A DNA stretch of 64,000 bases from Candidatus Hydrogenedentota bacterium. GTDB lineage: Bacteria > Hydrogenedentota > Hydrogenedentia > Hydrogenedentales > SLHB01. The stretch covers positions 128,001 to 192,000 of the forward strand of contig CAVUWV010000020.1 in the NCBI GenBank assembly GCA_963745075.1, read 5' to 3'. Position numbers and translations under genes: made by a program. Positions 38,719 to 49,098 of the stretch are shown here, piece after piece; positions within the stretch are counted from its first letter, which is position 1, and each line of letters begins with the position of its first letter. The notes beneath the pieces were generated by a model that saw only the letters and a list, made by a program, of their open reading frames with translations, did no database searches and was not told where the DNA came from.

Positions 38719-40086
38719 TTAATCCATCGCCGCTTTATCGGGGTACGATTGCACACCATTTTGAAGTTCATCCGCGGTGATGACGAAAGGTTTCCAGGCC
38801 GGATTGCCTTCGGCGTCGTAGAGGTTGAACGTCAGCGTGGGAATGCGGGTGAGGTCGAAGGACAGGATCCCCACGTTCGGTTTCTCGAAGCCGGGACGCA
38901 AACGGACTTCCGGATTCCGGGTCCGCCAGTTGTCGGAGGCCGCTTGCGCCAATGGCGAACTGACGAGATCGTAGAAGTCGTAGCCGCCTTTTTCGGACCA
39001 TGGGATGGCGTTGAGTTCGCCAACATGGGTATCGCCGGACAGCAACACGACGCCGCGGATGTCGTTGGTGCGGATGAACTCGAACAAGGCGTTACGCTCG
39101 TGGAGAAAGGCAGCCCAGGAGTCGCCCCCCTCCCCTTTTGCCGAAGTCCAGCCACTGCCGCTGACGAGCACCTTGAAGACTCCATCGCTCGACTTCAGTT
39201 CGTCCTTCAACCACTGGAGTTGCTTCGCGCCGAGAAAGGTCTTGTCCGGCGTGTCGGGGGCGTCATTGGGATCGCGGTAGTAGCGGCAGTCCAGGAAGAA
39301 GAAGTCGACGCCGCCGTATGAATACGAAAAGAACACGCCGGGTGCATCGGGAAGGCCGTAGGACGGGTTGGGCCAGTATTGCTGGAAGACCGCGAGGGCT
39401 TCGTCTTTGATTGGATTGGTCCGATCGTGATCGTTGAGCCCGTAGTCGTGGTCGTCCCAGACCGCCAACTGCGGGACTTTCCGGTTCACCGGACGAAGAT
39501 TCGGGACGTCGCGCGCCCGCCGGTATTCCTCGGCGAGAATGGTGGGTTCCAGGGAATCTCCGTACATGTTGTCGCCGAGCCAGAAGAAAAGGTGGGGCGC
39601 GAAGTTGGAAACGGTATTCCAAATTGGTTGGACGGGGTCGCGCTGATACCGCGCGCAGGATCCGAATGCGACGGTAAACTTCGCGGGCGTGCCCGATGCG
39701 GGCGCCGTCATAAACGTACCCAGCGAGCCTTTCTCAAAGTAGGCGGGGGCGCCACCGTTCACTTCGACCCGGTAGAAATAGCGGGCGCCGGGCTGCAGGC
39801 CCTCCACTTTCGCGACCACGATGAAATCGTTTTCCCGCTGCGCGGTAACGGGTTCGCCCCAGGTGATTTCGGTTAATGCGGCATCCTGCGCGCACCCGAC
39901 CCGAAACGTGAATTCGCCGGAGAGCCGCGCCCAGACCGTGATGCTGTCTTCGGTGACCGGCCCCAGCATGGGCCCCTGCATACAGCGGGGAGAGCCGAGG
40001 TCGCTTTTCGCGGAGGCCAATGGGGACAGGATTAGGAATGCACAAAGCAGGAAGAATCCCACCCGATAAGAGCGCTCTGCGATCAT
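38719..40086 (-). CDS. PhoD-like alkaline phosphatase/phosphodiesterase
   Basis: Signal peptide; FGSC, WLGDNMYGD, WDDHDYG, LDCRYYR, LSGDTH. Confidence 0.9.
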   Translation of the reverse strand: MIAERSYRVGFFLLCAFLILSPLASAKSDLGSPRCMQGPMLGPVTEDSITVWARLSGEFTFRVGCAQDAALTEITWGEPVTAQRENDFIVVAKVEGLQPGARYFYRVEVNGGAPAYFEKGSLGTFMTAPASGTPAKFTVAFGSCARYQRDPVQPIWNTVSNFAPHLFFWLGDNMYGDSLEPTILAEEYRRARDVPNLRPVNRKVPQLAVWDDHDYGLNDHDRTNPIKDEALAVFQQYWPNPSYGLPDAPGVFFSYSYGGVDFFFLDCRYYRDPNDAPDTPDKTFLGAKQLQWLKDELKSSDGVFKVLVSGSGWTSAKGEGGDSWAAFLHERNALFEFIRTNDIRGVVLLSGDTHVGELNAIPWSEKGGYDFYDLVSSPLAQAASDNWRTRNPEVRLRPGFEKPNVGILSFDLTRIPTLTFNLYDAEGNPAWKPFVITADELQNGVQSYPDKAAMD

Positions 40087-40138
40087 CGCAAACCTCCCAC
40101 GTCGTGGCTAGCGTGTTGGTATCTATCCGCGGCTGATT

Positions 40139-41200
40139 CTAACTGTACTTGGCGCGTAACGTTTGTGCGGCTTTCGCCTCATTCGACAGTTTCTCGTACG
40201 CTTCGTCGATGGGAATCTCTGCGGCGTTGCCGGGGGCAAATCCGCAATCGGGATTCAGGTACACCTGCTCGGGTTTGAGGTACTGCAATGCCTTTTCGAC
40301 GCGCTCGACGATGGCGTCGACCGAGTCGATAGTCTCGCCGCGGCAGTCGACACAGCCCAACCCGACCTGGCAATTCGCCGGTAGCTGTTGGAGCACGGAA
40401 AGATCGCCCGCCACGGGAATGGTAAATTCCATGACGTATTGATCGACGTTCAACCGTTGTAGGGCGGGAAGAATGGGATCGTACCCGCCCTCGCCGACCC
40501 ACCCGGCGCGGGCCTTGTTGCGGCGGCAGAGGTGAATCGCTTTGGTGACGCCGTCGACCCCATCCATGATTTGGTTCAACAGGTCGACGCACAAATCGAT
40601 TTCGCGCTGCGGATTGTCGTATTTGGCGCGGACCCGATCGTCGACGAAAAGGCAGAGGTGCGGGTCGTCGAATTGCACGATGTCGGCCCCGGCGTCCCGC
40701 AACGCGATCAATTCACCACGCAGAATGGGAACCAGCGCCTCCATAAACGCGTCCCGCGTCGGATACGCGGCCGCCGAGTCCGCTTCACTCCACATCCGCT
40801 GTCCCAACAAGTACGGAGACGGGAGTGCAACCTTGATCAATCGGTCGGTGCGCTCGTGCAGGTACGCGGCCTCCTTCGCGGCCAACCCAGGACGTACGGG
40901 CTTCAACGGCGCAACGACCGTGTGCCACCAGACTCCATCCTTCCGTTCCAGTCGAAACCCGTCGCACACGTCCGCGATGATGCCGATGTAGGAGCGGCGC
41001 CGGTACTCGCCGTCGGAGACGATATCGAGCCCGGCCGATTCCTGCACGGCCAGGATGTAGTCCACGGCCGCATCCATCCGTTTCTCGAACGCTCCGGGTT
41101 CGGATGGTGTCTTTTCGGGGTCCAACAGGTCCCGGACAAACTGGGATCGCGGCATGCTTCCCACCACGCCGGCGGGGAAAAGTGGAATTGCGCGGCTCAT
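40139..41200 (-). CDS. Cobalamin-independent methionine synthase II (MetE C-terminal-like) family protein
   Basis: VVGSMPR, SDGEYRR, QFDDP, Zn ligands HLC..E..PDCGF. Confidence 0.88.
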   Translation of the reverse strand: MSRAIPLFPAGVVGSMPRSQFVRDLLDPEKTPSEPGAFEKRMDAAVDYILAVQESAGLDIVSDGEYRRRSYIGIIADVCDGFRLERKDGVWWHTVVAPLKPVRPGLAAKEAAYLHERTDRLIKVALPSPYLLGQRMWSEADSAAAYPTRDAFMEALVPILRGELIALRDAGADIVQFDDPHLCLFVDDRVRAKYDNPQREIDLCVDLLNQIMDGVDGVTKAIHLCRRNKARAGWVGEGGYDPILPALQRLNVDQYVMEFTIPVAGDLSVLQQLPANCQVGLGCVDCRGETIDSVDAIVERVEKALQYLKPEQVYLNPDCGFAPGNAAEIPIDEAYEKLSNEAKAAQTLRAKYS

Positions 41201-41952
41201 AGGGCCCATTCCTTTCGTGCAATCTGAAAATCCTGGTTGGTGTCGATTTCCATATAGCCGCCGTGCGTCGGCAAGGCGTGCATATCAATACCCGCATCGA
41301 TCATGTGCTGAAACAAATCGATGAGGTACGCTTTCCGGAACGTCTTGGAGGCCTGAAAGGGACCGTCGCCGTGCCGCTCGCGGGCTTGGTGGTAGTGGGT
41401 CTTCAGCGCCGCCGCACCTGCGGGGGTAAACCGCGCCACGCCGATGTACTCGCCGAAGGCTTCTTCCGAGGGCATGGTCCGGTTGACGTGCGCGACGCGC
41501 AGGTTGCCGTCCAGCCGAATCTTTTCCCCGTCTTCCTCCGGGTGATTGGTTCGCTGGACGTACCGCGTTCGCCAGTCCGTATCGCACACCAGCGTGCAGT
41601 CGTGGGTGGATTGCATCAAGTCGCGGACGATATCCGGGGTGTACAGGATATCGCTGTACGCGCAGACGAATCCGTCGTCCATGTGTACTTCCGCGTGCAG
41701 GAGCGATTCCATGATGTTGTTGTTGGGCCAGTCCGCGTTGTGACAGAACGTGAACTGGGGATATTCGCGCTTGATGAGTTCGATCTGATATCCGCCGATA
41801 TAGACGACGTCCGTCAATCCGCCCGCACGAAGGGACTCGAGGCCCCAGTCCAGAATGCGCTTCCCACCCACTTCCGCAAAACACTTGGGCGCGTCCGCGG
41901 TATGCGGCATCAGCCGCGCCCCACGCCCGGCGCCGATAATAATCGCTTTCAC
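41197..41952 (-). CDS. NTP transferase (LicC/phosphocholine or phosphonate cytidylyltransferase-like)
   Basis: MKAIIIGAGRGARL..PKC..NNIMESL..YSDILY..GEYIG..EIDTNQD. Confidence 0.85.
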   Translation of the reverse strand: MKAIIIGAGRGARLMPHTADAPKCFAEVGGKRILDWGLESLRAGGLTDVVYIGGYQIELIKREYPQFTFCHNADWPNNNIMESLLHAEVHMDDGFVCAYSDILYTPDIVRDLMQSTHDCTLVCDTDWRTRYVQRTNHPEEDGEKIRLDGNLRVAHVNRTMPSEEAFGEYIGVARFTPAGAAALKTHYHQARERHGDGPFQASKTFRKAYLIDLFQHMIDAGIDMHALPTHGGYMEIDTNQDFQIARKEWAL

Positions 41953-41989
41953 AGTCGCCCTTTCCTTGTCTTTCTACCGCGGTGGTTCG

Positions 41990-42565
41990 TTACCGCGCTC
42001 GCGTTTTCGCCACTTGCCCGTATCGAAAGCAATCGACGGTATGATCGTTCACCATGCCGGTCGCCTGCATGAAGGCATAACATATCGTGGAGCCCACGAA
42101 TTTGAATCCCCGTTTCTTGAGATCTTTGCTCATGGCGTCGGACTCGCCGGTCTTGGCCGGAATATCCTGGAGCCGCTTCCAGCGGTTTACAATCGGGCGA
42201 CCGCCGACAAACTGCCAGATATACGCGTCGAACGATCCAAATTCGCGTTGGACCTTCAGAAAGGCCTTCGCATTGACGACGGCCGATTCGACTTTGAGCC
42301 GGTTGCGCACGATACGTTCGTCGGTGAGCAGCCTTGCAAGCTTTCGAGCATCGTAGCGGGCAATCTTCTTCGGGTCAAAGTCGTCGAACAGCGCGCGGTA
42401 TCCGTCCCGCTTTTTGAGAATGGTCGACCAACTCAACCCCGCCTGGGCGCCTTCCAGGATAAGAAACTCGAAGAGCAGCCGGTCATCGTGAACGGGAACG
42501 CCCCACTCGGTGTCGTGGTAGGCGATATCGCGTTCGCCGCGGGCCCAAGCGCATCGATTCGGCAC
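41990..42565 (-). CDS. tag: DNA-3-methyladenine glycosylase I
   Basis: RCAW..YHDTEWG..LEGAQAGLSW..IVRNRLK..GFKFVG..MQATGMVNDH..C. Confidence 0.95.
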   Translation of the reverse strand: MPNRCAWARGERDIAYHDTEWGVPVHDDRLLFEFLILEGAQAGLSWSTILKKRDGYRALFDDFDPKKIARYDARKLARLLTDERIVRNRLKVESAVVNAKAFLKVQREFGSFDAYIWQFVGGRPIVNRWKRLQDIPAKTGESDAMSKDLKKRGFKFVGSTICYAFMQATGMVNDHTVDCFRYGQVAKTRAR

Positions 42566-42659
42566 AGTGCGAGTCCTTTCCAGGCATACGCTACGAGGGG
42601 TCGTGTTCGAGATCGCCGCGCGGACGATAGCTCCGTTCTCGCACCGTGCGGCGCCCGCA

Positions 42660-44048
42660 TCATTGTGCGGGCACTCCGGCCGCCATCACCCGGGGATTGC
42701 GGCACACAAAGCGCAGGATGCAATATCCGCCGACACCGGACAGGAAACTGGCAAGAAAAATGCCGACTTTGGCGTCCGCCAAGTGGCGGGCCATCATTGC
42801 CGGGTCTTCTCCCGCGACTCCACCGGCTTTGAAGGCCAGCTCATCGATGAACAGGGCCATGGTGAATCCGATCCCCGCCAGCCAGGCGACGCCGTAAACG
42901 TGACTCCACGAAATGCCGTGCGGCAATTCCGCCCAGCGCAGTTTGACTGCGGCAAACGAGAACACCATGACGCCCAGTTGTTTCCCGAGCATCAATCCGA
43001 CCAGCGCGCCCAAGGTGACCGGTTCAATGAGGGTGCGCCCGAGCCCGGAGAAATCGATCGCGACGCCGGAATTCGCAAAGGCAAAGATCGGCATGATGAC
43101 GAATACGCTGAAGGGATGCAGCAGGTGCTCGATCCGTTGCAGCGGCGCTTCGACGTGATGGCATTCCTTGAGAATGGAACTAATCAACGACTGCTGCCGG
43201 GCATTGACCAGGAGCGGGTTCTTGTAGTCCTCGGCGTCGGTAAACCGGTAGAGCAACGTGGTCATGCGGCCGAAGAAATGGGGCGTCTCATAGCGCGCGT
43301 CGGCCGGAATGGTGAAGGCCAGGAGCACGCCGGCGATGGTCGCATGCACGCCGGATTGGAGGAACTCGAACCAGATGATGACGCCGACAATGACGTAGGG
43401 GAAGGTGCGCCGAATTCCCATGCGGCTCATTCCGTAGGATAGTAGTATCAGGAACGCGCCTACGAGTAGGGGCCGTACGGCCAGTTTCTCCGTATAGAAC
43501 ACGGCGATAACGAGGACCGACCCGATGTCGTCGACGATGGCCAACGCCACGAGAAAGGCGCCAATGGCCGCAGGGACCCGTTTCCCGAGGAGGGCCAGAC
43601 AGCCCGTCGCGAAAGCGATGTCGGTGGCCATTGGAATGCCCCAGCCTTTGACGGCGGGAGTTCCGAAGTTGAACACCACGTAGATCAGCGCCGGAAAAAT
43701 CATGCCCCCTGCCGCAGCCATGGCCGGAAGCAGGGCCTTGCGAAAGCTGGCGAGTTCGCCAACGAGAAGTTCCCGTTTGATTTCAAGCCCGACCATGAAG
43801 AAGAAGATGGCCATCAGGCCGTCGTTAATCCAATGGTGGAATGATTGATCCAGTTTCCAATCACCGAAATTAAGGCCTAAGTGGGTATGCCACAAGTCCT
43901 CGTACCAGCCGTGAGCGGGACTGTTCGCAACGATCAATGCAGCAAGCGCGGAGAACAGCAGGAGGCACGCGGCAACCGCGTCCTGCTTTAAAAACTGTGC
44001 GAGCGGGGAAACTTGTTCCAAATCGGGAAGCGGATCTTCTTTGGCCAT
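42660..44048 (-). CDS. nhaA: Na+/H+ antiporter NhaA
   Basis: WINDGLMAIFF..GLEIKRE, GWGIPMATDIAF, LAIVDD, SGVHATIAGV, GK, GIGFTMALFI. Confidence 0.94.
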   Translation of the reverse strand: MAKEDPLPDLEQVSPLAQFLKQDAVAACLLLFSALAALIVANSPAHGWYEDLWHTHLGLNFGDWKLDQSFHHWINDGLMAIFFFMVGLEIKRELLVGELASFRKALLPAMAAAGGMIFPALIYVVFNFGTPAVKGWGIPMATDIAFATGCLALLGKRVPAAIGAFLVALAIVDDIGSVLVIAVFYTEKLAVRPLLVGAFLILLSYGMSRMGIRRTFPYVIVGVIIWFEFLQSGVHATIAGVLLAFTIPADARYETPHFFGRMTTLLYRFTDAEDYKNPLLVNARQQSLISSILKECHHVEAPLQRIEHLLHPFSVFVIMPIFAFANSGVAIDFSGLGRTLIEPVTLGALVGLMLGKQLGVMVFSFAAVKLRWAELPHGISWSHVYGVAWLAGIGFTMALFIDELAFKAGGVAGEDPAMMARHLADAKVGIFLASFLSGVGGYCILRFVCRNPRVMAAGVPAQ

Positions 44049-44171
44049 GTATTCGGGTCCCTTCAGCTAACGACGGCCTATTTTGGTGATTTTGTACGCG
44101 GATGTCTAGTAGTGCGTTTCTATTGAGTTTGTGCACCACTAAATATGAGCGCCCCGTACAACGGACCACCA

Positions 44172-44281
44172 AAGTAGACGCGGCTTCCAGCCGCGAAAGT
44201 TCTTCAGGTTCTGTCGGTTGGTCAGACTTGATAGTGCGGTTAAGTGCGGATAATTAACGCGGCTGGAAGCCGCGTATACTT
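44172..44281. repeat. GTAG-type REP doublet between nhaA and gltA
   Basis: AAGTAGACGCGGCTTCCAGCCGCG (44172) and inverted CGCGGCTGGAAGCCGCGTATACTT (44258); each unit is itself a hairpin. Confidence 0.72.
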
Positions 44282-44550
44282 CGTCCGCCGTAATTCAGAA
44301 CCCCGCGCTCCGATTCAAATGAAACGGACTACTGGACGGAACGACCAAAAGCAGGGCGTTGCCGCGTAACCTCCATTTGAAAGGAAGGTTGATTCGGAAG
44401 GCCTTTGCCGGATATATTACAGTTCCTCTCGGAGGTCTATGGGCGGTGCGACACCCACGGCTTCCGGCACTGGGCGGACAACGCAAGAAGAACCGGTACG
44501 GGGGAGCGGCGTCATTGGGGGACGGAGCCTGTACGGAAACGGAGAACAGT

Positions 44551-45825
44551 ATGAGCACTGCGAAATTAATCTTCGAGGGCAACGAGCACGAATTTCCGGT
44601 ACTTGAGGGAACGGAGCACGAGAAGGCGATCGACATCAGTACGCTTCGTTCGGCGACGGGGGCCATCACTTACGACAACGGCTATGGCAACACGGGCTCG
44701 TGCAAAAGTTCCATTACGTTTATTGACGGCGAAAAGGGGATTCTTCGCTATCGCGGGTACCCCATCGAAGAACTCGCCACCAAGTCGAAATTTCCGGAAG
44801 TCGCGTATCTGCTGATCCACGATCATCTGCCCAATAAGGAGGAGTTACTGGAGTGGCGCCGGCAATTGACGAAACACAGTTTCATCCATGAGGGAATGCT
44901 GAATTTCTTCGACCATTATCCTCCGACAGCCCATCCCATGGCCATCCTTTCCGCGATGGTCGCCTCGCTCCATGCGTTTTTCCCGGGCTCGGATTCGGAA
45001 GATATGGTCGAGACCAATATCATGCGCCTTCTGGGCCAGGCAAAGACGATCGCCGCGTTTTCGTACAAGAGTTCACGTGGGGAGCCCGTTCTCTACCCGA
45101 AAGCGGAACTGAGTTACGCCGCCAACTTCCTTCGCATGATGTTTGGCTCACCGGCCGAAGAGTTTGAAGTTTCCGAAGTCCAGGAACGCGCGCTGAACCA
45201 GCTGCTGATTCTGCACGCGGATCATGAACAGAACTGCAGTACGTCCACGGTTCGTATGGTGGGCAGCAGCCATGCCAATCTGTATGCCTCGGTTTCGGCG
45301 GGCGTCAGCGCGCTGTGGGGTCCGCTCCATGGGGGCGCGAATCAGGCCGTCATCGAGATGCTGGAACGGATCGTTGCGGACGGCGGCGACTACAAGAAGT
45401 ATGTCGAGATGGCCAAGCACAAGGATTCGGGATTCCGGCTGATGGGCTTCGGCCACCGGGTATACAAGAACTTCGATCCGCGGGCGAAGATCATCAAGAA
45501 GGCGTGTGACGAAGTACTTGCCGAAATGGGCGTTTCGGATCCGTTGCTGGACATCGCGAAGAGCATTGAAGAAGCGGCGCTCAGGGACGATTTCTTCATC
45601 GAGCGCAAGCTTTATCCGAACGTTGACTTTTACAGCGGCATCATCTACCGCGCCATGGGCTTCCCGACGAATATGTTTACGGTGATGTTCTCCATCGGCA
45701 GGTTGCCGGGTTGGATCGCGCAATGGTTGGAAATGCGCAAAGATCCGGATGGCCGCATTCATCGTCCACGGCAGATCTACATTGGTGAGAACGAGCGTAC
45801 GCTTACGCCGGTCAACAAGCGATAG
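44551..45825 (+). CDS. gltA: Citrate synthase
   Basis: ITFIDGEKGILRYRGYPIEEL, HADHEQNCST, LWGPLHGGAN, RLMGFGHRVYKNFDPR, YPNVDFYSG. Confidence 0.96.
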   Translation: MSTAKLIFEGNEHEFPVLEGTEHEKAIDISTLRSATGAITYDNGYGNTGSCKSSITFIDGEKGILRYRGYPIEELATKSKFPEVAYLLIHDHLPNKEELLEWRRQLTKHSFIHEGMLNFFDHYPPTAHPMAILSAMVASLHAFFPGSDSEDMVETNIMRLLGQAKTIAAFSYKSSRGEPVLYPKAELSYAANFLRMMFGSPAEEFEVSEVQERALNQLLILHADHEQNCSTSTVRMVGSSHANLYASVSAGVSALWGPLHGGANQAVIEMLERIVADGGDYKKYVEMAKHKDSGFRLMGFGHRVYKNFDPRAKIIKKACDEVLAEMGVSDPLLDIAKSIEEAALRDDFFIERKLYPNVDFYSGIIYRAMGFPTNMFTVMFSIGRLPGWIAQWLEMRKDPDGRIHRPRQIYIGENERTLTPVNKR

Positions 45826-45892
45826 CATCGGAGAGTTGTTGCCGGCCGTGCGCGATGGATCCCGGGCCGCTTCCCGGATCGCGTGAGGGGGT

Positions 45893-47773
45893 ATGGGCGT
45901 CGATTCGGTTACCGTGACCTTTGAGCCGCAAGGCCGGGCCGTGCGCGTGCACCCGGGGGTGACGGTGCGAGAAGCAGCAGCCCGGGCGGGGGTCTTTCTG
46001 GACTATCCGTGTGGGGGGCAGGGCACCTGTGGCAAGTGCCGCGTTCGGATGTCGGCGGATTCGGGGCAATTGACCTCTGTCGAGCGCGACCTCCTGCCGG
46101 AATCGGAACGGCGACATGGCATGCGGCTGGCGTGTCAATGTGTGGTCAAGGATTCTTTGACTGTTACCGTGCCGGAAACCTCGCTTCTCGCGTCGTCCTA
46201 CAAGATCCTTTCCGAAGCGTCGGCCACGACGCACGCGGCCGACGATCCGCCGATACGAAAGCAATTGGTAAACCTCCCGACTCCAGTATTGGCCGACGAT
46301 TGCGCGGATTTCGAACGGCTGCAACGGGTCCTGGGACCTGTCTCGGCCGACCTCGATTTGCTGGCGGCATTACCGGCCTTCCTTCGCACACATGGGTTTT
46401 CAGGAACGGCAGTTGTCGCGGACGGTCGCCTCCTCGATGTGGAATCTGACGATACGGCGGCATCGTGCCACGTGGCGGCGGTGGACATCGGCACCACGAC
46501 GCTGGTGGCGGCGTTGCTCGATTTGGTTACGGGAAATGAGCTTGCCCGCGTGTCGCGGATGAATCCCCAAACGAGCCTGGGGGACGACGTGCTTACCCGG
46601 ATTCTGCATGCCCGCGAGGGCGGCGACGGGCTTCGGGAATTGCAGCGCGACGTGGTCTTGGCGGTGGATGCAATGTTGGCCGAACTCGCAGCGCAGGCCG
46701 GTATTCACGCCGCTGACATTTACGAAGTCACGGTCGCGGGAAACACCACGATGCAGCATTTGTTCGCTGGTCTGGATCCGAGCGCTCTTGGCGAGATCCC
46801 CTTTGCACCGGCCATCAGCGCGCCGATGCAGATTCCCGCCGAAGGGCTGGGGTTGACGATCCACGCGCGGGGAATCGTGCATGTTTTTCCAGTCATCGGT
46901 GGTTTTGTCGGCGGAGACACGGTGGCGGGCTTGCTCGCTACGGACTTGGATCAGGCGGCTGCGCCAACGTTGCTCATCGACATCGGAACCAACGGGGAAC
47001 TGGTTCTCCAGAAAGACGGGGAATTGTGGGCTACATCCTGCGCGGCAGGCCCGGCATTCGAGGGCGCCCGCATCGCCCACGGTATGCGCGCGGCGGCCGG
47101 CGCGATCGAGTCCGTGTCCTTTAACGGAGACGTACGGTGTGAAACAATTGGAGACGCGACGCCGGTCGGCATCTGCGGTTCGGGGTTGATCGACGCGGCG
47201 GCTGGTTTGCTGCGATCGGGTATCGTCCTTCCTCAAGGTTTGATGCTGGACCGGGACCAGGCGCCGGAGACCGTACCGGCATCGATTCGTGAACGAATCG
47301 TTGACGGGCCGAAGGGTCCCGAGTTCGTGTTGGTGTCGGGCCACGAATCTGCAACGGGACATCCGATCGTGATTACGCAGGTGGACATGCGCGAACTGCA
47401 ACTTGCGACCGCCGCCATTCGATCCGGCACGGCGATATTGCTGAAGCGGGCCGGTATTGGCGCCTCCGATTTACAGCACGTGCTTGTCGCCGGCGCCTTT
47501 GGGAACTACGTGCGCTGTGAGAACGCACAGCGCATCGGGTTGCTGCCACACAATGTTGCGCCGTCTCGCCTGACCTTTGTCGGCAACGCATCCCTGGCGG
47601 GAGCGCGCCGGGCGGCGGTTTCTTCCGGGGCGCGGGGATTGGCGGAGTCCTTGGCGCGGCGTACGCGGCACATCGACTTATCCCTGGATCCGGAGTTCCA
47701 CGAAACCTACGTGGAATGCATGTTCTTTCCCGAGGACGAAGCTACAGAAACGTTGCCCGCGGACCATCCATAA
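45893..47773 (+). CDS. ASKHA/DUF4445 ATP-dependent reductive activator of corrinoid proteins (RACE-like) with N-terminal 2Fe-2S domain
   Basis: CGGQGTCGKC..RLAC; VDIGTTT; AGNTTMQH; GFVGGD; IDIGTNGE; AAGPAFEG; GICGSG; AGAFG. Confidence 0.9.
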   Translation: MGVDSVTVTFEPQGRAVRVHPGVTVREAAARAGVFLDYPCGGQGTCGKCRVRMSADSGQLTSVERDLLPESERRHGMRLACQCVVKDSLTVTVPETSLLASSYKILSEASATTHAADDPPIRKQLVNLPTPVLADDCADFERLQRVLGPVSADLDLLAALPAFLRTHGFSGTAVVADGRLLDVESDDTAASCHVAAVDIGTTTLVAALLDLVTGNELARVSRMNPQTSLGDDVLTRILHAREGGDGLRELQRDVVLAVDAMLAELAAQAGIHAADIYEVTVAGNTTMQHLFAGLDPSALGEIPFAPAISAPMQIPAEGLGLTIHARGIVHVFPVIGGFVGGDTVAGLLATDLDQAAAPTLLIDIGTNGELVLQKDGELWATSCAAGPAFEGARIAHGMRAAAGAIESVSFNGDVRCETIGDATPVGICGSGLIDAAAGLLRSGIVLPQGLMLDRDQAPETVPASIRERIVDGPKGPEFVLVSGHESATGHPIVITQVDMRELQLATAAIRSGTAILLKRAGIGASDLQHVLVAGAFGNYVRCENAQRIGLLPHNVAPSRLTFVGNASLAGARRAAVSSGARGLAESLARRTRHIDLSLDPEFHETYVECMFFPEDEATETLPADHP

Positions 47774-48352
47774 TCTCGAAGAGGTTGTGCCCGATCGGAA
47801 CGCAGGAGGCGATCCAGCCAAACGATCGGCAAACCCAGGACGTTCTGGTAACATCCGTCATACGCCGCGACCAGGAGACTGCCGGGGCCATCCACCGTGT
47901 ACGCGCCCGCGCGATCGATCGGCTTCACGGCGTGAACGAAGTGGGTGATTTCATCCTCGTGAAGCTCGCGAAACGTCACCCGGGTGGTTTCACTGCCTCT
48001 CCACGTGCCGGCCCGTTTGCGTGTCAACGACCGCGAGACCGGTGATGACCTCATGGGTGCGGCCGGACAATTGGGTGAGCATCGCGCGCGCGTCGTCCAA
48101 ATCGCGTGGCTTTGAGAGGATTTGATCGCCGAGAAAGACCAGCGTATCGGCGGCGATGACGAGGGCAGGTCCGTCGATTCCGCGCGCGACGCCGTCGCGT
48201 TTTGCCACGGCGTTGGCAATCACGATTTCTGCGGGAACTTCCCCGTCGTCGACCTCCTCTACCCCGCTCTTCACGACCGTTACGTCGATGCCTAACGCGG
48301 AGAGCAGTGCGTAACGCCGCGGGGATGCGGATGCGAGAACGATAGGGATCAC
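47742..48352 (-). CDS. maf: Maf family nucleotide pyrophosphatase (two apparent frameshifts)
   Basis: IVLASASPRR..AADTLV..KP..LSGRTHEVITG, then a shifted frame ETTRVTFR..DRAGAY..NVLGLP; shifts near 47997 and 47797. Confidence 0.82.
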
Positions 48353-49098
48353 GGCGCGGGCTCGGCGGTCGCGCCGGCCTCTACGGGAATCCATTTTCCT
48401 CCCGGGCCCACTTGTTCCACGTTTTCTTCGTTTTCGATAATCATGGTGCCTTCGGGCAGGTCGATGCGAGCGGCGGCATCGCCGGCCGCATCGTTGATTT
48501 TGAAGTCATCGACGGAGATCTCGACATTCGATTCGGCATCGTTGATTACATGAATGCGGCAAGGGAGCAGATCGTCGCCCCGGAGATACAGGGCGATTTC
48601 CTGAAACAACGGCGCCACGCTTTCGTCTGTCGAACCGGCGGCGCCGGATGGCTCGGCCGGGAGTGGCAGCAACCGCAATCCTTCTTCGCCACAGGTCGAC
48701 GGGTCCGGATCGAAGAGTTCGATTGAATACGCGTCGCGCAACCGATTGGTATCACTGTCAAACCCGAGAAAGAGGGCTTCCAGTTGGGGATCGTCGTCGA
48801 GATCGTAGACTTGGACCTGTTCGAGCTCGACGTTGTATTGATAGACGCGATTGCCATCGACGAGGTAGGTCACCTCGGGATCGAGATACCGCAGCATAAT
48901 CCGGCGCGGTTTCTGGTAGACGATATATCCGATCGTGCGCGTGGTCTCGTCGGGCGTGACGGTGTCCTGCACGAATCGCGCTTCCAGTCGTTCGATAGGT
49001 TCCCGTTTCTTCGCGAAATCCGCGAAGAACTCATCGACAGTCGGCGCCGTGGTACTCGCAGCAACCGCGAATATTGCGGCCAGCGATAGAAATCTCAT
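48349..49098 (-). CDS. LolA-like outer-membrane lipoprotein carrier protein
   Basis: Signal peptide; LEARFVQ..GYIVYQKPRRIMLRYLDPE..VDGNRVYQYNVELEQV. Confidence 0.75.
   Translation of the reverse strand: MRFLSLAAIFAVAASTTAPTVDEFFADFAKKREPIERLEARFVQDTVTPDETTRTIGYIVYQKPRRIMLRYLDPEVTYLVDGNRVYQYNVELEQVQVYDLDDDPQLEALFLGFDSDTNRLRDAYSIELFDPDPSTCGEEGLRLLPLPAEPSGAAGSTDESVAPLFQEIALYLRGDDLLPCRIHVINDAESNVEISVDDFKINDAAGDAAARIDLPEGTMIIENEENVEQVGPGGKWIPVEAGATAEPAP

Noticed and set aside
44282..44550. Riboswitch or ncRNA in the long gltA leader (also looked upstream of prs and the M23 gene)
   Set aside because: No recognisable aptamer consensus by eye; an Rfam/Infernal scan would be needed
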